The position numbers and the translations under genes are program-made. The notes under the pieces were generated by a model. The model had not been told where the DNA came from and made no database searches. It worked only from the letters and a program-made list of their open reading frames with translations. A stretch of DNA of 49,007 nucleotides from Candidatus Latescibacterota bacterium (GTDB lineage: Bacteria; Latescibacterota; UBA2968; UBA8231): the NCBI GenBank assembly GCA_965205655.1, contig CBDBIJ010000068.1, forward strand, positions 1 through 49,007. Reading direction: 5' to 3'. This document shows, piece after piece, positions 28,560-38,000 of this stretch (position 1 is the first letter of the stretch; each line of letters begins with the position of its first letter).

Positions 28560-29543
28560 GTGCCGGGACCATCTGACGCGGGCACAAAGCGACAGGTGTT
28601 GGAACAATGGATGCGAAACCCCTTTCTGGATGAGGACGTGCACCTCCTCTCTCTCCGACTGGGGATTCCTACAACAGAAATCGGACCGGCCCTGCAGGGG
28701 CTGTGCCAGGCGCGCTTCCTGCGAAACGGTACCAGCGCCGGCTATGTGCTCCACATGGACCTGACCTCCGATTCGATCGCACCTTCGGAGCCGGATGCGC
28801 AGCTCGTGGAGGACGTGGCGGCGGCCAGCTTCACCGCCGCCGACCTTCTGCTTGTCGACGACTCGACACAGGAAGAGGCGGATCTCGGGGAGGCGGTGGC
28901 GGATCGGACCAGCCAGAAGGGATCGCCGCCCCTAAAAATCCCGCAGGGTCTCGAGGCGATTCTCTCGGGTGCCGACGCGGCTTTCGAGAAGCTCGTCGGA
29001 GCCATGCCCTTCGGCATCGTCGTGCTTCAGGGTAACGGATCTCTCGAACTGGCGAACGGCAAGGCCCTGCAGTGGTTGGACATGCCCGTCGACCTTCTCG
29101 ACGGCGCCACCTTCGAGATAGCGACGGGGATAAACCCCCTGCCGGTGGCACGGGGCGAAGCGCCGGTCAACTTCTCGCTGCCGAGTCCGCATCCTGTCGA
29201 AGTAAGCATGCACGTCTGCCAGCTGTCTTCCGGTCCTGGCGTTCTCATCGCCCTGCGCGATGTGTCGCTGCAGGAGGAAGTGTCTCGCATGCAGGGGGAG
29301 GTTCAGGAAGAGCTCTTCCATCGACTGCGACAGGAGATGGTGTCGCCGCTCTTCATGATCGAGAGATTCCTCGATCATCCCGACGCCGCCGGTCTGGGGC
29401 AAGCGCGAGCGGCAATGGAGCAGATCAACTGGTTTTTCAAAACATACCTGCTCGGCATGGAAGCCGGGGTCAAGGCCCAGTTTCAGTTGAAACAAATCAC
29501 AGGCTCTGGTGAGTGTGTCGGCCCATCATCGCGAGCTGTTTGA
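28560..29543 (+). CDS. Winged-helix + PAS + degenerate DHp-like protein; native end '...GMEAE*' displaced by IS256
   Basis: wHTH-like 'LSLRLGIPTTEIGPALQGLCQARFL'; PAS 'MPFGIVVLQGNGSLELANGKALQWL...GVLIALRDVS'; H-box-like 'RQEMVSPL'. Confidence 0.6.
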   Translation: MPGPSDAGTKRQVLEQWMRNPFLDEDVHLLSLRLGIPTTEIGPALQGLCQARFLRNGTSAGYVLHMDLTSDSIAPSEPDAQLVEDVAAASFTAADLLLVDDSTQEEADLGEAVADRTSQKGSPPLKIPQGLEAILSGADAAFEKLVGAMPFGIVVLQGNGSLELANGKALQWLDMPVDLLDGATFEIATGINPLPVARGEAPVNFSLPSPHPVEVSMHVCQLSSGPGVLIALRDVSLQEEVSRMQGEVQEELFHRLRQEMVSPLFMIERFLDHPDAAGLGQARAAMEQINWFFKTYLLGMEAGVKAQFQLKQITGSGECVGPSSRAV

Positions 29544-30896
29544 TGCCGAGTTCGGCTTGTATGGCTTGCCGGAGCATCGGCAGATGGCGATAGCCCTTGA
29601 CCCTGCGCAGACGTGGTTCGATGTCGAGCAGTGCCGTGGCTACCCAACGGTGACGCTGTGATGAGTTGGTCCAGCGTCGCACGTTGTGTGTGAGCTGCTC
29701 CAGGAGACTGTTGACGTTCTCGATGCAGTTGGTGGTGCGGAAGGAATCCTTGAGCATCGGCGTCAGTCCCAACCGATGGAGTGTGAGGGTCTCTTCCATG
29801 CCTTCCTCGAGGCTGTGTAGGGCGGACTGATTCATCAACTTCAAGCCCGGTTTGAGCGCGTCCAGTGCCGCCTTGGCCGCCTCGTATCTCGGTTTGCCGT
29901 AGGCCGCCTCCATCTTGCGACCCATACCGGACTGCTCGCTCTTGGACAGATACGACACGACGTTCTGGCGCTTGTGATACTGGCAGCGCTGCACGCAGGC
30001 ATGTCCTTTGAGCACCGACATCACCGCCTTGTAAAGCCCCTTGGCGCCGTCGATGACGACCAACAGTCCGGCTTCGTACTGCATACCGCGTTCGACCAGA
30101 TCGGACAGGAAGCGACGGCAGACGCGCTCGTTTTCCGTGGCCGCCTGCACGAAGCCAAGAGGAATCTTCTGTCCGTCGAGGGTGACGCCCAGGGCGATGA
30201 TGATCTCCTCGTCCGCGAAGCTCTTGCCGTCGAGGAATAGCGCCACCAGATCATATCCTTCCAGGGATCGCTCCTGGAATTCAGCCAGCTTTCGAGCCGT
30301 GCCTTTCACGTAACGACGGGACACCGATGAGGATGACAGACCAAAGGCCTCGGGTACGGCCTCAGCGCAGGCCTCGTAGTTGCGCGTGGCGATGCCCTTC
30401 AGCATCCGCAACAGCAGACCTTCGTCCATCTGTCGAGGCGTCTGCAGTGCCTGGTAAACATCCAGCGGGACCTCGGTATGGTTGGCCACGTTGCGCACCC
30501 GCGGCACATCGACGGGTAGTTTCTGGTCGGCCAGGTACACCGACCCGAGCTGAGACCCCCAGCGGCGTAACGGCTGATCCGACCCCTTGCGCTGATACCG
30601 CGGCCCAGCCAACTCAACGACCGCTCTTTGCAGCTCCTCCGCGACCGCCTGCAGCCCCAAGGGAATCAGCCATTGGATCGCCTCGATCCGGCCATCCAGG
30701 TCCTCTACTTGCTCTGCAGTCTCGGGTGCTACCTTGCCGATGCTCACCGTTCGTTTGACGCCCTTCTTCCGTGCTACTAGCTTGCTCATTGCAGGCTCCC
30801 TTTTGTTACCGATGCGAGACTTCTTCCAACGGGCTTCTCGTATCAAAACGTAACGATTGGAGCCTGTGCTGTTTCAACTAAGATCGGGACAAAGCG
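29467..30896 (-). mobile_element. IS256-family insertion sequence, about 1430 bp
   Basis: 8-bp target duplication GGAAGCCG at 29459-29466 and 30897-30904; imperfect IRs sharing AGTTGAAACA...CACAGGCTC. Confidence 0.9.
29497..30789 (-). CDS. IS256-family (Mutator-like) transposase
   Basis: 'VPRVR', 'LSSSSVSR', 'LFLDG', 'VIDGAKGL', 'QRCQYHK', 'RTTNCIEN'; ATG 30789 with GGGAG RBS. Confidence 0.92.
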   Translation of the reverse strand: MSKLVARKKGVKRTVSIGKVAPETAEQVEDLDGRIEAIQWLIPLGLQAVAEELQRAVVELAGPRYQRKGSDQPLRRWGSQLGSVYLADQKLPVDVPRVRNVANHTEVPLDVYQALQTPRQMDEGLLLRMLKGIATRNYEACAEAVPEAFGLSSSSVSRRYVKGTARKLAEFQERSLEGYDLVALFLDGKSFADEEIIIALGVTLDGQKIPLGFVQAATENERVCRRFLSDLVERGMQYEAGLLVVIDGAKGLYKAVMSVLKGHACVQRCQYHKRQNVVSYLSKSEQSGMGRKMEAAYGKPRYEAAKAALDALKPGLKLMNQSALHSLEEGMEETLTLHRLGLTPMLKDSFRTTNCIENVNSLLEQLTHNVRRWTNSSQRHRWVATALLDIEPRLRRVKGYRHLPMLRQAIQAELGIKQLAMMGRHTHQSL

Positions 30897-30946
30897 GGAA
30901 GCCGAGTAGCGACGCGATACTCGACGACAAACAGATGTGGCGATAA

Positions 30947-32071
30947 ATGGTACTCGACACGAGAAAATTGAAGAAATCAGCTGGCGTGAGCGCCGAGTCG
31001 GAAGCTCCTGAGTCTGGCGCTTCCGGCGAAGCGGGCGCTTCTGCACCGCCGGCTACAGATGAACTCAAGCTCGAGGCGCTGATCGAGCAGGCGTCGAACG
31101 CCGAGCACATGCGCGACAGGGCGGAAGCGGTGGCGTCGCTGCGGACGTTGGTGCCGGGCTCCTCGGGGATCGATCTGCTGTGCGGGATCGTGGAGAGCGA
31201 GGGGGATTCGCGCCGCCTGATCGCGGCTCAGATGCTGGGATATCACCGCCAGTGGCTGTCGGGGCACGCCTCGGTAGAGCGTGTCGCGCGCTGGGCTCAC
31301 GCCGAACGAGATCCCGAGGTCGGCGCCGCCCTGGTGTGGATCCTGAGGGGCAGGGACGCGGTGCAGTCGTTCCTGCTGCACGGCATGATCGGCATGGCGC
31401 GCGAGGCCGCCCTCGGTCTGCCAGTGAAAGCGAACACCCTGCCTGAGATGATACGCGCCCTGTTCGTCGGGCGCTCGCCAGACGTGGACCGGATCCTGCT
31501 CGAGAAGCTCAGCGTCATCAATCCGGAACTGGTGACACAGGTAATCGATCTCGTGCTGGAGCAGGAGACGGGCTTCGAGGAGGAGGTGCTGGCGCCACTT
31601 TTTGCCTGTCTGCCGCAGCCGCCTCTCTTCGACCTGTTCATCGCCGGGCACCGCACACCGGAGTGGGACACGAGTCAAGGCGAAAAGCAGACAGCGGCAG
31701 TCAAGAAATGGCATCAGGTCGCCCGCTTTGCGGAACAGACGCTACGCCGCTCACCCGATGCCGACCTGATACGATATCTCGTCAGCCACAGCGCTCGAGA
31801 CGACACCTTCGCCCGCCGCCACGCGTCGTTTCTGCGGGCGGCAATGGCCAACACCGAGGCCGTCTTTGGCTCAGAGCTGATCGACGATATCGAGCGTCTG
31901 ACTGTTGGGGTGTCAGAGGAACGGCTGCTACGGATGGCCGAAATACTGATGGATCTGGCGGCGAAGCTCGAGGAGAAATCGGGAACTCAGGCCGCGGCGC
32001 TGTTGCGGGAATGGAAGCGGAAATCACCCGATCTGAAACTCAAGATCTACCACCTCGAGCAAGGACTGTAG
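30947..32071 (+). CDS. Hypothetical alpha-helical (HEAT/ARM-like) protein
   Basis: HEAT-like units 'RDRAEAVASL', 'SRRLIAAQMLG', 'ERDPEVGAAL'; GC3-biased codon usage. Confidence 0.65.
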   Translation: MVLDTRKLKKSAGVSAESEAPESGASGEAGASAPPATDELKLEALIEQASNAEHMRDRAEAVASLRTLVPGSSGIDLLCGIVESEGDSRRLIAAQMLGYHRQWLSGHASVERVARWAHAERDPEVGAALVWILRGRDAVQSFLLHGMIGMAREAALGLPVKANTLPEMIRALFVGRSPDVDRILLEKLSVINPELVTQVIDLVLEQETGFEEEVLAPLFACLPQPPLFDLFIAGHRTPEWDTSQGEKQTAAVKKWHQVARFAEQTLRRSPDADLIRYLVSHSARDDTFARRHASFLRAAMANTEAVFGSELIDDIERLTVGVSEERLLRMAEILMDLAAKLEEKSGTQAAALLREWKRKSPDLKLKIYHLEQGL

Positions 32072-32107
32072 CAGCCTGCGTACCGTGTCTGGCGACACGG
32101 GCGGTTT

Positions 32108-33178
32108 CTATTTGTGAGCCCTCCACAAGAGGAACAGGCCCAAAAAACCGAAAACGATATTGGCTATCCAGGCGCCCACCCAGGGCGCCACGACCTCGTT
32201 CCAGCCCATCGCCTGACCTGCCTTCACACAGCTGTAGAACACGAAGCAGATCAGAAGGCCGACGCCGAAACTGTCAGCTCGTCGACCGCTGCGGACGTTC
32301 GCCGCCACTGGAGCTCCCAGCACAACGATGACGAAGCAGGTGAGCGGGAAGGCGATTTTGAGGTGCAGGTCGACGAGGTGCCGGGTGGCGTCTTCTCCGG
32401 CGGCGAGCGCCCGGTCGATATAACGGCGCAGCTCGCCGTAGTCCATTTCATCCGGTTTCTTCTGTTGGCGCGCAAAGTCCACCGGTTGCAGGCCGAGGCG
32501 ATCGAGGCCGAGGGTATCGAAACGGCTGGCGTTTATCTGCCCCTCGGGAAAGCGGTAGTAGCTGCCATCGACGATGATCCAGGCGGATCCGTTCCAGTCG
32601 AGCCGGCGGCCCACAGCGCGCTCCACAACCCTGCTTCCCTCCCGACGTTCCCAAAGCACCTGATGAGCTCGACCCCTGCCGTGGTCGTAGGAGCGGGCGA
32701 AGACGAGCTGCTGACCCCTATCCTGAAGCAGCACCTGTCGTCGCGAACCGTCGCCGCGGCTGTAGGAGCGAATCTCGTCCCTGGTGGCGTTGAAGCGAAA
32801 AGTCGCCGGAGGGATGACGAAATCGGTGAACAGGAAGGCGGCCCCGCTGAACATGAGCGAAAAGACGAACAGGGGGCGCAGCACGCGCGTCAGGCTGATG
32901 CCGGCCGCCTTCATGGCCGTGATCTCGCTGCCTCGAGCCAGCCCGGTCAGCGACAACTGCGTCGCCAGCAGGGCGGCAATAGGCAGGATGAGGACGATCC
33001 AGTACGGACTGCGGAAGAGGTAGTAGTGCACAATTTGAGAGTACGCAGCCTTGTGATCGATGAACATGTCGATCGTCTCCACCCCGTTGACGACGACGGT
33101 GATCATCCACAGGCCCAGGATGCTGAGACCCAACCACAGGCAATAGCGTTTGAGCAGATATCGATCGAGGAGCGTCAC
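32108..33178 (-). CDS. lptG: LPS export permease, LptF/LptG family (LptG position)
   Basis: 'LLDRYLL', 'SEITAMKAAGISL', 'LHLKIAFPLTC', 'AWIANIVF'; GTG start overlaps the upstream stop. Confidence 0.85.
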   Translation of the reverse strand: MTLLDRYLLKRYCLWLGLSILGLWMITVVVNGVETIDMFIDHKAAYSQIVHYYLFRSPYWIVLILPIAALLATQLSLTGLARGSEITAMKAAGISLTRVLRPLFVFSLMFSGAAFLFTDFVIPPATFRFNATRDEIRSYSRGDGSRRQVLLQDRGQQLVFARSYDHGRGRAHQVLWERREGSRVVERAVGRRLDWNGSAWIIVDGSYYRFPEGQINASRFDTLGLDRLGLQPVDFARQQKKPDEMDYGELRRYIDRALAAGEDATRHLVDLHLKIAFPLTCFVIVVLGAPVAANVRSGRRADSFGVGLLICFVFYSCVKAGQAMGWNEVVAPWVGAWIANIVFGFLGLFLLWRAHK

Positions 33179-34569
33179 CGTCGGAACACCCGCAGTTTGA
33201 GGGGCCGATCCAGCGCGATGGTCCGCAGCAGGAAGGCGCCCACGAGGCCGAAGAGAATGTTGGGCGCCCACATGGCCAGGGCGGGCTCGACGTAACCGCG
33301 GTCGGCCAGCTGCTCGCCGCCGATGAGGAAAGCCCAGTAAGCGAAGAAGAAGATGAGGCTCACGGCGACAGAAAGGGCGGCGCCTCGGGCGCGGACGAGG
33401 ACGCCGAGGGGCGCTCCGAGCAGGGCGAAGACAACACAGGCGACGGCGATCGAGAACTTTTTATGGATCTCCACCAGGTAGGCGTTGGCTCGGCTCTCGC
33501 GGGTGCGGTTGTGACGCAACTGTTTTTTCAGCTGTGCCACGAGACTCGAACTTTTCTCTCTGAGGTCTTCAGCGAGTGAGTCCTCGCCGGCTCCGGCGGC
33601 CGGCGCATGCCTCACGGCTTCGAGGAATGCCTCTACTGAAGAGTCCATGAAGGCGACGGCCTCATCCCGCTCGCGTCGATATTCGTCCACGGCTCGCTTC
33701 ATGGCGGCGATGTCCATTTCGCGATCGCTGCGATAGGAGGAGCGGTACTCGCTGAAGGCGCGATCGGAGTCCTCGATATGGACGATCTGTCGCGCGAACG
33801 AGGCGCGCATGTAGCGCTCGGGATCGTCGGCTTCGACACGGTGAGTTTCGCCGTCATACAATGTGAGCCGGATATAGCGGCCATCTTCGAATATCTCGAG
33901 CTCACCGCTGGCCGCGTGGAGAGTGGTGGGATAGCCCGGCGAGCCACTGTCGTAGACGGTGATGTCGCCGAGCGTGTTCGTCAGTTTGTCAACCTTGCGA
34001 ATGAGGAGGTTGTAGGGGCCAATATCGCGGATGAAGACGCCCTCCTTTTCCTTGAGAACCAGGGCCGCTTTGCGGCGTTTTAAGCTGGATGCGATGTTGC
34101 GCGCCCGATGGTTCCAGTCGGGGAGCACCCGGTCATTGAAGAGGATCATGAGGACGGTCAGCACGGCGGCGGCTGCCAGCACCGGCCACAGGAGACGCAT
34201 AAAGGAGATGCCGCTCGATTTGAGGGCCAGGACTTGGTTCGAAGCCGCAAGCCTGCCGAACGCCATCAGGACGGCAACGAGAACGGCCATGGGCACCGCC
34301 AGAGCGATGATCCAACCCAGATTGAACACGAACAGCTCAAGTGCCAGGCCGAATTCGAGACCCTTGCTGAGCACCTGATCCATCATCTGCAGTACGACGT
34401 CGATGATGAGGACGAAGACGATGAGGGAGAAGCCCAGCAGAAGCGGCCAGTGGTGCTGCCTGAGAGCATACCTGCCCAAAAGGCCGAGGTGTCGTCGAGG
34501 ACTGTATCTGAGCAGCGTCACTTTCGATTCGCAATAGCGCGGCGCGATAGCGCGGCGGGCTCGTGTCAC
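33175..34569 (-). CDS. lptF: LPS export permease, LptF/LptG family (LptF position; start may lie slightly downstream)
   Basis: 'LAVPMAVLVAVLMAFGRL', 'ALKSSGIS', 'FNDRVLPDWN', 'VEIHKKFSIAVAC', 'AMWAPNI'. Confidence 0.85.
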   Translation of the reverse strand: MTRARRAIAPRYCESKVTLLRYSPRRHLGLLGRYALRQHHWPLLLGFSLIVFVLIIDVVLQMMDQVLSKGLEFGLALELFVFNLGWIIALAVPMAVLVAVLMAFGRLAASNQVLALKSSGISFMRLLWPVLAAAAVLTVLMILFNDRVLPDWNHRARNIASSLKRRKAALVLKEKEGVFIRDIGPYNLLIRKVDKLTNTLGDITVYDSGSPGYPTTLHAASGELEIFEDGRYIRLTLYDGETHRVEADDPERYMRASFARQIVHIEDSDRAFSEYRSSYRSDREMDIAAMKRAVDEYRRERDEAVAFMDSSVEAFLEAVRHAPAAGAGEDSLAEDLREKSSSLVAQLKKQLRHNRTRESRANAYLVEIHKKFSIAVACVVFALLGAPLGVLVRARGAALSVAVSLIFFFAYWAFLIGGEQLADRGYVEPALAMWAPNILFGLVGAFLLRTIALDRPLKLRVFRR

Positions 34570-35068
34570 CTCTGGGGGACAGCTGTGTTCATGTGTCTAC
34601 ACTCGGGGGGCGGGGCACTATCCAGATGAACGCGGAGACGGACTCCCACAGCGAATATAACCACGTCGCCAGAGGAAGCGGTAACCGCGTGGAGCCAGAT
34701 CAGCCATGCAGAGCCATGGCGAGCTCGCTGTTCGCCGGCGGGAACGGTTTTTGCGAGAGTTCCAACTGCGGCGTGGCGAGGGCAGGTATGGGATTACGGT
34801 GCAAGCCGGTTGCCGGTCAGCATGGCTCAGGCTATGTTTCACAACAGGTTACAAGCAGCAGGCACATCGCATTCCAGCCGCGCCCCACCATCAGCTCCCC
34901 CCTGACGGAGTCTGCCTATCGCGTACCGCAAACGCTGATCGAAAATCCCTCGGCGGCTTTTTCCCGATCACAGAATGCCAGGGATTCGGGGGCGAGGCGG
35001 TGGTCTTCACCCGCGCCCCGGCCCACTGAAAGACGCACACCACTCGGTCGACGTTCGCGAATCGTTTC

Positions 35069-38000
35069 ATGCGCGATTTTTCGACACGGCGAAATATTTT
35101 GAGATGCGCGCGCCCTCACTTCGGCGGCGGCCGCGTGGCGCCATCTGTGTGCGCGGTCGGCGCTGTGCTAGCTATGTCGCTTTTTGCAGGGCGCTTGGAA
35201 GCGCAGCTCTTGCCGGGCAGCCTGCGTGATGCGACCAAGCGATTCCGCAGTGAGACGACCAAACTCGACTCGATTGAGGCACCGAGGCTTCGTCTCCCGG
35301 CGCTCTACGGGCCATTGGCAGATCTGTTTTCCGATCCTCCCTCCTATGGCCCTATCGGCGAAGGTCAACCCCTGCTCAGGAGGCTCTTCGGCAGTGGGCT
35401 GCTCGAAAAGTCGACACCGTTCGCATCGAAAAACGTCAGCGTCGATTCAGCCGGTATGCACTACACCAGGAACACGGCCGGCTTCGCGGTAGGAGCGCCC
35501 CTGACCGTTCCGTTCCAATGGTACCTGGACAGGGGGTATGAGCACACCTCGAGACAGCGCTGGATGCAGATCGCGGGAGGAGAGTTCAAATCGTCGGTAG
35601 TGGGGCAGCGTGGGCGGACTGGTCGCAGCGGAGGACGTCTGAGCTGGCATGTACCCATACCGGCGCCCGCTCCCATACGGAGGTTCATCGGCGAAGAGGG
35701 CTCGCTCAAGATCAACGGCAGCCACACGGCGACCATCTCCGGCAAGAGCAGTTGGACGGCGGGAGAAGTGCAGACGCTCGCCGGCAGACCATCGAAGTTT
35801 CCCGCCCTCGGGATGACGCAGGAGTCGAAATTCCGAGTGGAAGGCAAGGTCGGAGAGGCTGTCCACATTGTGATCGATCAGGATACGCAGCAACTGGGTA
35901 CGGGCGTTTCGGCCAGCTCATTCCGGGACCAGTTTCGCGACCAGCTCGCCAATCAGATCAAGCTCGATTACAAGGGCAATGAGGACGACATCTTTCGGGA
36001 AATCCAGGCAGGCAACACGACCCTGGCGCTGCCGAGCACCCGATTCGTGGGCTTCAGTCAGCAACACAAAGGTCTGTTCGGGATCCGCGCCAAGGGGCGA
36101 GTCGGCCCCCTGGGGTTCACCATGATCGCCAGTCACGAGAAGAGCGAGAGCAATCGCCAGACATTCCGCGGGGGCGCCGTGGTCGACACCACGAAGATCC
36201 AGGACTTTCGGTATCTGCGCAGCACCTACTTCTGGCTCGATAGGCGCTACCGCGAGCGTCTGGGCGACTTTCGCGAGGTCGACCAGGGGTTTCCGAGCGA
36301 CTTCGTCGCCGACGACGTCATCGACGAGAGTTCCCTCGTCGTCTACATCAACGACTTCAACGTGAACAACGATGCTCAGGACCTCGCAAAGACCGGGGTG
36401 GCGCTCGTCGACCCCAATGCGCCGGCCGACGAGCGCACGGGGCACTTCGAGGAGGGCACCTGGCATCAACTGGACCCGGACGACGACTACACCCTATTAC
36501 GCGAGTTCGGCTACATCCTTCTCAGACGGGCCGTCCCCGACCGCCACGCGCTCGCGGTGCGCTACCGGACACGGGGTGGCGAAGTGTTCGGCAGCGGCGG
36601 AGACCAGCTGCAACTCAAGCTGATCAAGGCACGAGACATGCGACCGGAGTTTCCCACTTGGGATCTGGAGTGGAAGAACGTCTACAAGATCGTCAGCGGG
36701 TTCGCGCGAGGCCGAAAGTTCGAACGCGACAGGATCAGGGTGGAGGTTCTTTTGGAAGTACCGGGAACCGATCCGGTGTCGACACAGAATGGCGACAACT
36801 TTCTGGGACTGATGGGGCTCGACGAGCGCGGACAGGATCCGGGCACACGGCCGGATCAGATCATCGACGCCGACTACATCGGTCTCGACGACTCGCGCGG
36901 ACATCTCATTTTCCCCGACCTGACGCCATTCGCTCCCCAGCACGCGAAATACAACAAGCTCGATGAGAGGGTGCCTGCCATCTACGCCAGTCATCAACAG
37001 CGCGACAAGGACGAGGCCAGCCGCTACATCGTCCAGGTCATCAACAGCTCGGCCCAACAGCGCATCAACCTGTCGCGGGGACGACTCGCCGGGATCGATC
37101 CGCAATCCGTGGAAGTGCGGCTCAACGGTCGCCGTCTCGACAGGGGCAGGGACTTCAACGTCAGCATGCTGGGTGAGGTCACCTTCACGGGCACCGCCGA
37201 GCAGGATGTGGCAGACCCCGGCGCCGATTTGGAGATCACCTTCGAGAGTCAGGACTTGATCGGACTGGGGAGCCAGCAGAAGACGCTTCTGGGGACGCGA
37301 GCTCAATACGAATTCTGGGACGGCGACGGCAACATCGGAACGACCATCCTGTATAACAACGTGCGCAGCGTCGACCGCCGCGTGCGAGTGGGAGCCGAGC
37401 CAGTGCGCACCGTAGTGTGGGATACGGATATCCGGGCCCGATTCGAGGCGCCGGTGCTGACGCGCGTAGTCGACGCCCTGCCACGCGTCAAGACGGTGGC
37501 GCGGTCCGACGTGACCATACAGGCCGAGGTGGCTCAGAGTCGTCCCAATCTCAACACGAGGGGCCAGGGCTACATAGACGACTTCGAGGGCAGCGAAAGG
37601 CCGGAGATCCTCAGCGTCCTGCGCCAGCGGTGGACCCTCTCCAGCAGACCGAAGGATCCGCTTTTCGACGACGCCGACAGGTCGAGGATGATCTGGTACA
37701 ATCCCTTCGACAAGATTCAGCGCACTGAGATCTGGCCGGGCCAGGAGGATCTTTTCGAGAGCCGCAACAACAACACCGATATCCTCGTCCTCGAACTGAC
37801 CCCCTTGGAGGACGGCGCCGAACTGTGGAACGCGGTCATGACGTCGTGGACGGGCGGAGTGCGCGATTTTTCACAGGCGAAATTCCTGGAAATCTGGGTC
37901 CGCGGGGACGTGGGCCAACTGCACGTCGATCTCGGAGCTATCGACGAAGATCTCATCGCCAATGGCATTCTCGATACCGAGGACGAGCCGTTCGCGGGTT

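Noticed and set aside
34563..35102. 179-aa ORF between lptF and sprA
   Set aside because: Ser/Arg-rich with no motifs, overlaps both flanking starts, and lacks the codon bias of real genes here.
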